Part shown: piece after piece, positions 45,201 through 53,247 of the stretch
How the letters are laid out: each line of letters opens with the position of its first letter
Position numbering within the stretch: the stretch's first letter is position 1
Source of the DNA: Balanoglossus misakiensis
Taxonomy: Eukaryota > Animalia > Hemichordata
Direction: 5' to 3'
DNA: 64,000 nucleotides
Assembly: GCA_040954595.2 (NCBI GenBank)
Contig: CM082595.2
Span: 9,413,918-9,477,917 of the forward strand
Program-made: the position numbers and the translations under genes
Notes under the pieces: model-generated
What the model was told of the DNA's origin: nothing
The model's input: the letters and a program-made list of their open reading frames with translations, nothing else
The model's database searches: none

Positions 45201-45387
45201 AAACATGGGTGAAAATCATCAAAAAATGACAAATTTTCGACTTTGCAAAATCTCAAAATTTCGTCGATTTTTGAAAAAAAATCATGGGTGAAAATCATCA
45301 AAAAATGACAAATTTTCGACTTTGCAAAATCTCAAAATTTCGTCGATTTTTGAAAAAAATCATGGGTGAAAATCATCAAAAAATGAC
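36220..45387 (+). repeat. 78-bp satellite array, right block
   Basis: Same monomer and orientation, resuming in register after the insertion and ending at ...AAAAAATGAC. Confidence 0.99.
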
Positions 45388-46410
45388 CATCAACTGAGTA
45401 TCATTCAAATACTCTGTGCACAGTGGTTAAAGACACATTTGGTTTTTTAGGAGACTTTCATCAGTTGTAGTAAAATACAACGTGACTACACTATATACAC
45501 CAATGAGAATGGCCATGTAATTCAGAGAGTGCTTGATATTAAAACTGTTTCATAGTTGTGGCCTTTACTGCTGATAATTAGGTTACCATAGATACAAGCC
45601 CAATGCAACGTAACAGGGATAAACATATGCAAAGACAAGATTTAACCCCACCTCCATAATCAAAATACTACCACAGAGGGCGCTATACTATATGGCCATC
45701 AACTGAGTATCATTCAAATACTCTGTGCACAGTGGGTAAAGACACATTTGGTTTTTTAGGAGACTTTCATCAGTTGTAGTAAAATACAACGTGACTACAC
45801 TATATACACCAATGAGAATGGCCATGTAATTCAGAGAGTGCTTGATATTAAAACTGTTTCATAGTTGTGGCCTTTACTGATGATAATTAGGTTACCATAG
45901 ATAAAAGCCCAATGCAACATGACAGGGATAAACATATGCAAAGACAAGATTTAACCCCACCTCCATAATCAAAATACTACCACAGAGGGCGCTATACTAT
46001 ATGACCATCAACTGAGTATCATTCAAATACTCTGTGCACAGTGGGTAAAGACACATTTGGTTTTTTAGGAGACTTTCACCAGTTGCAGTAAAATACAACG
46101 TGACTACACTATATGCACCAATGAGAATGGCCGTGTAATTCAGAGTGCTTGATATTAAAACTGTTTCAAAGCTGTGGCCTTTACTGCTGATAATTAGGTT
46201 ACCATAGATACAAGTGGAATGGAACCGGACAGGGATAAACATACAAAGGCTAGGTTAACCCCCCCCCCCCAAATACTACCACAGAGGGCGCTATACTGAT
46301 CATCAAGTCTGTACCATTGAAATAAATCTGTGCAGAATGGGTAAATTAGGCATTTGGTTCTTCAGATTTTCATAAGTTGCACTAAAATGCTATGTGGCCC
46401 ACTACAAGGA
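45383..46410 (+). repeat. 309-bp tandem repeat (3 units plus a degenerate partial 4th)
   Basis: Units start ATG(A/G)CCATCAACTGAG at 45383, 45692 and 46001. A diverged partial unit starts at about 46297. Each full unit ends with CCACAGAGGGCGCTATA. Confidence 0.95.
45671..45683 (+). promoter_or_regulatory. CTCF-like motif (repeated at 45980-45992, 46279-46291 and in the duplicate array)
   Basis: CCACAGAGGGCGC matches the 3' part (YAGRKGGCRS) of the CTCF consensus CCASYAGRKGGCRS. The 5' part is off by one base. Confidence 0.4.
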
Positions 46411-46563
46411 CAAATAAGTCAAAAATGGCAAATTTGACGTTTACTTTGAGGTTGGCATGGGGCAAACGAGACAATACAAGAACACTGAAACTCAATTAGT
46501 GAAACACTAAAGTTGTACTTTATTTCTCTAACAAACTTAGAGAAAATTTACATGGCCATCTTT

Positions 46564-48122
46564 TTACTCAGAGACCTGATGTTGAATAGAAATGTGGTAG
46601 TGCAGGTCCACATGAGTGCCGTGTACTAGCCTCTCTCTCTGCAAATCCATCCACAACTTGCGTGCAGATAGTGGGAGTCTGATGTAAGCAACTACTGCAG
46701 TTACAGTCAGGACGTAAGTGGGATAATTAAACAGCAGGGGATCATGCAATGCAAACACTTGAACTGGCCAGTAACGTTTGAATTGCTCATTTGCATACAG
46801 TTTTTCAACTTTTTTCACAACGAAAGTTAAGCAACTAGCAACCCATTTCTGACAATTATTTCACCCCAGGCACATTACTGGTACTATGAGTGTACTACAT
46901 GTGATTTTTCATGAAGTTTTATCGAGAAGAATTTCTTTACTTCCACTGACAAAATTGTGATCACGAAATTCAAAGTGACCTTGAAGTTACAAAAAAAAAA
47001 AATATCAGCCATACCCACACAAAAATTAACCCCCTCAGGTTTTAGAAACATTATTAAACTCCTCTATTCATAATTTTGACATGAATATATCCATGCCGAG
47101 AGTCAAGGACCACAATTTACTGTGCCATAGGTCAGTCCTGAGAAGTCAGTCAGCGTGAATAGTGTATAGACTCTGTATGTAATATGCTAATGAGAGATAA
47201 CGACGCGTTGAAAAGGAAGCCATTACGTCATGGGTTAACATGCGTTGACCTACTTCAATGCATACACATATGGCAAACACGGCTGTACTCGTCGATGGCG
47301 AAGGCAATTTTTACACCGTCATTACTCCACAACGGAGCGGCTCACACTATTATAATTTCACGGTAACTTAGTTCAATATCTTTCTAACCTACCCAATTTT
47401 TTTCAAGACAAGAAATCTTTGCCGAGAGTCAAGGACCACAATTTAAACCAACATACCGAAACTGTCTTTCTCGGGAAAGCGTCGTTAAAACTTCACGAAA
47501 AATCATCCTATCATTGACTATGGTGTTTCATACACGTCTTAGAAAAATGGGTGCACTACGATCACTTGTAGTACCGAAAATCTCCGTTTGAAAATTTTTC
47601 GAACTGGCCGTAACTGCCACTCAGCGACTTTCACATTCAAATAGATCTCTTTGATCTCACCGCCGTAATTACCCCACTTACGTCCTGACTGGTTAATACT
47701 TACAAAGTGTATTACCTCCAACACCCCATGGACGGTATCATGTCATCACCAGTAGCTATAGGTTCTTTTAACACCTTGAGAGAAAAAAATGGATTGTTAC
47801 TGATAGATTACAAAACACTGACAATACAAGAGTGGGAGGGGTAAGGTTTGTTGAGAGCAGTTGTTTTTTGCTAAACATTAGTGAAAATATGAAATTATTG
47901 ACATGTAGGATTTCAATTTTATGATGTAAGAGTATTTTATAATATCTCACCGGGACTTCAGTTGTCGCTGTAGTATTTAACCCAAGTTTAACTGTGCCAC
48001 CCACGTCCATGCATGGCAAGGTTTTCTCTCCCAAAAGTTTCAGTTTGGTATCCCAGTTACCATCAGTTGCACTTACTCCACGCCTTCTAAGTTGAATGCG
48101 ATTTACCATCACAGGATTCATA
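46564..48122 (-). pseudogene. OB-fold gene, minus-strand paralog B, exons 3-4 (first duplicate)
   Basis: Exon 3 at 48122-47951 (cag|TATGAA ... CCG|gtgaga) is homologous to 58217-58423. Putative exon 4 runs from 47774 to the stop at 46564 and is split by a MITE. Confidence 0.7.
46704..47691. mobile_element. MITE with 26-bp TIRs starting CAGT (Tc1/mariner-pogo-like)
   Basis: TIR CAGTCAGGACGTAAGTGGG(A/G)TAATTA, 25/26 identical. TA on the left flank only. Internal direct repeat TGCCGAGAGTCAAGGACCACAATTTA at about 47094 and 47420. Confidence 0.7.
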
Positions 48123-48800
48123 CTGTGGTGCAAAGACAATTAAAAACATCGATTGTAAGTCATTTAGTAGTGATACCATTGTGACCAAACCTCGTTTTAA
48201 AATACATGTAATCTGTACTCGAAACTATCATTTTTTTCTTTCTAGAATATTAGAACGCGCTCAAAAATAAAAATGCGACCTGTAAGCGAGTGCCGCGTTT
48301 CAATTGGTACTGACGATAAACACCGCCACTCGGAGATAAAATCAACGTTTTTTTTTTTTAATGCAAGTGAACGCATGGAGGCGGCCATATTGAATTTAGG
48401 TTACATCCCAAGACATTCCGACTGGGCTTCAGGTGGATTCGGGAAAGGTCTCTAAAACATAATCGGTCATCCAATTTTGTATACTAAATTTCTAAAAATG
48501 TAGGACATGGGAGGTTAACATACCAACAATGACTACACACAAAAAAGGGCCCAGGCGTTTCGGGGTGCGATTGTTACGTACCTTAGCTCCATCATCTGCA
48601 ACCATGCAGCCCAGGAGTGGCAGTGAAATTGTGCCTCATTGAGGATACAGTCTAGATCCGGAATTCAGCCAACGGCAAACTGTTTAGCGTGCCTTGTATG
48701 CAGCAGGATGGCAACGTTCTGGAACTTAAATTCTGGAAAGAAAATCCGAAATAGCTGAACAGATAACAGAAGAGAGAATACATACAGCTCCGCAACTTCA

Positions 48801-49083
48801 AAAATCATCAAAAAATGACAAAATTTTCGACTTTGTAAAATCACAAAATTTCGTCGATTTTGAAAAAAATCATAGGTTCGTCGATTTTAAAAAAAAAAAC
48901 ATGGGTGAAAATCATCAAAAAATGACAAATTTTCGACTTTGCAAAATCTCAAAATTTCGTCGATTTTTGAAAAAAAATCATGGGTGAAAATCATCAAAAA
49001 ATGACAAATTTTCGACTTTGCAAAATCTCAAAATTTCGTCGATTTTTGAAAAAAATCATGGGTGAAAATCATCAAAAAATGAC
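48801..49083 (+). repeat. Isolated fragment of the 78-bp satellite (about 3.5 monomers)
   Basis: Copy of 45105-45387, carried along by the 3.69-kb duplication. Confidence 0.95.
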
Positions 49084-50100
49084 CATCAACTGAGTATCAT
49101 TCAAATACTCTGTGCACAGTGGGTAAAGACACATTTGGTTTTTTAGGAGACTTTCATCAGTTGTAGTAAAATACAACGTGACTACACTATATACACCAAT
49201 GAGAATGGCCATGTAATTCAGAGAGTGCTTGATATTAAAACTGTTTCATAGTTGTGGCCTTTACTGCTGATAATTAGGTTACCATAGATACAAGCCCAAT
49301 GCAACGTGACAGGGATAAACATATGCAAAGACAAGATTTAACCCCACCTCCATAATCAAAATACTACCACAGAGGGCGCTATACTATATGACCATCAACT
49401 GAGTATCATTCAAATACTCTGTGCACAGTGGGTAAAGACACATTTGGTTTTTTAGGAGACTTTCATCAGTTGTAGTAAAATACAACGTGACTACACTATA
49501 TACACCAATGAGAATGGCCATGTAATTCAGAGAGTGCTTGATATTAAAACTGTTTCATAGTTGTGGCCTTTACTGATGATAATTAGGTTACCATAGATAA
49601 AAGCCCAATGCAACATGACAGGGATAAACATATGCAAAGACAAGATTTAACCCCACCTCCATAATCAAAATACTACCACAGAGGGCGCTATACTATATGA
49701 CCATCAACTGAGTATCATTCAAATACTCTGTGCACAGTGGGTAAAGACACATTTGGTTTTTTAGGAGACTTTCACCAGTTGCAGTAAAATACAACGTGAC
49801 TACACTATATGCACCAATGAGAATGGCCGTGTAATTCAGAGTGCTTGATATTAAAACTGTTTCAAAGCTGTGGCCTTTACTGCTGATAATTAGGTTACCA
49901 TAGATACAAGTGGAATGGAACCGGACAGGGATAAACATACAAAGGCTAGGTTAACCCCCCCCCAAATACTACCACAGAGGGCGCTATACTGATCATCAAG
50001 TCTGTACCATTGAAATAAATCTGTGCAGAATGGGTAAATTAGGCATTTGGTTCTTCAGATTTTCATAAGTTGCACTAAAATGCTATGTGGCCCACTACAA
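49079..50100 (+). repeat. 309-bp tandem repeat, second array
   Basis: Duplicate of 45383-46410. Confidence 0.95.
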
Positions 50101-50256
50101 GGACAAATAAGTCAAAAATGGCAAATTTGACGTTTACTTTGAGGTTGGCATGGGGCAAACGAGACAATACAAGAACACTGAAACTCAATTAGTGAAACAC
50201 TAAAGTTGTACTTTATTTCTCTAACAAACTTAGAGAAAATTTACATGGCCATCTTT

Positions 50257-52275
50257 TTACTCAGAGACCTGATGTTGAATAGAAATGTGGTAGTGCAGGT
50301 CCACATGAGTGCCGTGTACTAGCCTCTCTCTCTGCAAATCCATCCACAACTTGCGTGCAGATAGTGGGAGTCTGATGTAAGCAACTACTGCAGTTACAGT
50401 CAGGACGTAAGTGGGATAATTAAACAGCAGGGGATCATGCAATGCAAACACTTGAACTGGCCAGTAACGTTTGAATTGCTCATTTGCATACAGTTTTTCA
50501 ACTTTTTTCACAACGAAAGTTAAGCAACTAGCAACCCATTTCTGACAATTATTTCACCCCAGGCACATTACTGGTACTATGAGTGTACTACATGTGATTT
50601 TTCATGAAGTTTTATCGAGAAGAATTTCTTTACTTCCACTGACAAAATTGTGATCACGAAATTCAAAGTGACCTTGAAGTTACAAAAAAAAAAATATCAG
50701 CCATACCCACACAAAAATTAACCCCCTCAGGTTTTAGAAACATTATTAAACTCCTCTATTCATAATTTTGACATGAATATATCCATGCCGAGAGTCAAGG
50801 ACCACAATTTACTGTGCCATAGGTCAGTCCTGAGAAGTCAGTCAGCGTGAATAGTGTATAGACTCCGTATGTAATATGCTAATGAGAGATAACGACGCGT
50901 TGAAAAGGAAGCCATTACGTCATGGGTTAACATGCGTTGACCTACTTCAATGCATACACATATGGCAAACACGGCTGTACTCGTCGATGGCGAAGGCAAT
51001 TTTTACACCGTCATTACTCCACAACGGAGCGGCTCACACTATTATAATTTCACGGTAACTTAGTTCAATATCTTTCTAACCTACCCAATTTTTTTCAAGA
51101 CAAGAAATCTTTGCCGAGAGTCAAGGACCACAATTTAAACCAACATACCGAAACTGTCTTTCTCGGGAAAGCGTCGTTAAAACTTCACGAAAAATCATCC
51201 TATCATTGACTATGGTGTTTCATACACGTCTTAGAAAAATGGGTGCACTACGATCACTTGTAGTACCGAAAATCTCCGTTTGAAAATTTTTCGAACTGGC
51301 CGTAACTGCCACTCAGCGACTTTCACATTCAAATAGATCTCTTTGATCTCACCGCCGTAATTACCCCACTTACGTCCTGACTGGTTAATACTTACAAAGT
51401 GTATTACCTCCAACACCCCATGGACGGTATCATGTCATCACCAGTAGCTATAGGTTCTTTTAACACCTTGAGAGAAAAAAATGGATTGTTACTGATAGAT
51501 TACAAAACACTGACAATACAAGAGTGGGAGGGGTAAGGTTTGTTGAGAGCAGTTGTTTTTTGCTAAAAATTAGTGAAAATATGAAATTATTGACATGTAG
51601 GATTTCAATTTTATGATGTAAGAGTATTTTATAATATCTCACCGGGACTTCAGTTGTCGCTGTAGTATTTAACCCAAGTTTAACTGTGCCACCCACGTCC
51701 ATGCATGGCAAGGTTTTCTCTCCCAAAAGTTTCAGTTTGGTATCCCAGTTACCATCAGTTGCACTTACTCCACGCCTTCTAAGTTGAATGCGATTTACCA
51801 TCACAGGATTCATACTGTGGTGCAAAGACAATTAAAAACATCGATTGTAAGTCATTTAGTAGTGATACCATTGTGACCAAACCTCGTTTTAAAATACATG
51901 TAATCTGTACTCGAAACTATCATTTTTTTCTTTCTAGAATATTAGAACGCGCTCAAAAATAAAAATGCGACCTGTAAGCGAGTGCCGCGTTTCAATTGGT
52001 ACTGACGATAAACACCGCCACTCGGAGATAAAATCAACGTTTTTTTTTTTAATGCAAGTGAACGCATGGAGGCGGCCATATTGAATTTAGGTTACATCCC
52101 AAGACATTCCGACTGGGCTTCAGGTGGATTCGGGAAAGGTCTCTAAAACATAATCGGTCATCCAATTTTGTATACTAAATTTCTAAAAATGTAGGACATG
52201 GGAGGTTAACATACCAACAATGACTACACACAAAAAAGGGCCCAGGCGTTTCGGGGTGCGATTGTTACGTACCTT
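50257..52275 (-). pseudogene. OB-fold gene, minus-strand paralog B (intron 1, exon 3, putative exon 4)
   Basis: Donor AAG|GTACGT at 52275-52267. Exon 3 at 51814-51643 reads YESCDGKSHST/RRRGVSATDGNWDTKLKLLGEKTLPCMDVGGTVKLG..LNTTATTEVP, with a frameshift and a 36-bp deletion. Putative exon 4 starts at 51466 (VLKEPIATGDD...) and stops at 50257. AATAAA lies at 50217-50212. Confidence 0.75.
50397..51383. mobile_element. CAGT-TIR MITE, second copy
   Basis: Duplicate of 46704-47691 with the same TIRs. Confidence 0.7.
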
Positions 52276-53104
52276 AGCTCCATCATCTGCAACCATGCAG
52301 CCAAGGAGTGGCAGTGAAATTGTGCCTCATTGAGGATACAGTCTAGATCCGGAATTCAGCCAACGGCAAACTGTTTAGCGTGCCTTGTATGCAGCAGGAT
52401 GGCAACGTTCTGGAACTTAAATTCTGGAAAGAAAATCCGAAATAGCTGAACAGATAACAGAAGAGAGAATACATACAGCTCCGCAACTTTTCCACTGGAA
52501 GATATAATACCATTTGCCTCTATGATAGAGCAAAGGTATGTTATAATCGCACCCCGAAACTTATGGGCCTTTTTTTGCCGTAGTCATTTCGGGTATCTTA
52601 ACCTCCCATCTTCTGCATTTTTAGAAATTTACTCTACAAAATTGAATGACCCATTACATTTTAGAGACCTTTCCCGAATTCAACCGAAGCCTAATCGGAA
52701 GGTCTTCGGATGTAATCCAATATGGCAGCCTCCATGCGATCACGTACATTGAAAATCCATTGATTTCATCGCCGATTACCGATGTTTATCGTCAATACCG
52801 ATTCAAACGCGGCACTCGTTTACAAGTCGCATTTATTATTGATCGCGTTCCAATATTTTAAACAAACTAGATTACTGATAAAAATGCTCAAAATTTTTCC
52901 TCCAAATGCCACCTTTACGGATTCAGTCACACAACTTACAGACTACGCCAAACTTTTTTCCAGATCATACCTTGCGGGCGAAAAGCGATGGATATACCTG
53001 AAAAATTTGTAACAGAATTGTATCATCCGCCACAAATAATGATATCAGAAGTCGAGATATCTCCACAGAAGAAGAGGGTGTGCGTTGTAGGAAAAGTCCA
53101 TGAT
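52276..53104 (+). pseudogene. OB-fold gene copy A (exon 1, intron 1, exon 2)
   Basis: Exon 1 reads ...NGKLFSVPCMQQDGNVLELKFWKEN/EIAEQITE/EYIQLRNFSTGRYNTICLYDRAK|gtatgt (ends 52535), with stops and two compensating frameshifts. Exon 2 at 52964-53104 (ttttttccag| ... |gtgagt) is 47 open codons: IIPCGRKAMDIPEKFVTELYHPPQIMISEVEISPQKKRVCVVGKVHD. Confidence 0.8.
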
Positions 53105-53247
53105 GTGAGTACTGTCAAATGTTGCACAAATAGCCGTTAAACCTGAAATAGAGATTGAAAGTGGATATTGTTTTACACAATTTTTGAACATTGAAGTAAA
53201 GTATTAGAATGATGGAATCCGATAAAAAAGTGAGTTGGTAATTTCGG

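Larger units (their letters stand above)
45105..52489 (+). repeat. Tandem segmental duplication of about 3.69 kb (45105-48798 and 48801-52489)
   Basis: Near-identical copies offset by 3692-3696 bp (ORF pairs 45997/49693, 46564/50257, 47768/51460). They differ by a few SNPs and homopolymer lengths. The duplicated unit includes about 280 bp of satellite. Confidence 0.95.

Noticed and set aside
2839-45387. CRISPR-like array
   Set aside because: No unique spacers, no cas genes, and a eukaryotic context (spliceosomal introns, Gypsy element).
45997-46242. ORF within the 309-bp repeat
   Set aside because: Present only in the third unit, which differs from units 1-2 by a 2-bp indel, so the frame is not conserved.
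52414-52489. 66-bp insertion with an AACTT target-site duplication
   Set aside because: The segment encodes the expected middle of the first OB fold (KFWKEN..EYIQLRNF). It is better read as ancestral sequence deleted from copy C by microhomology.
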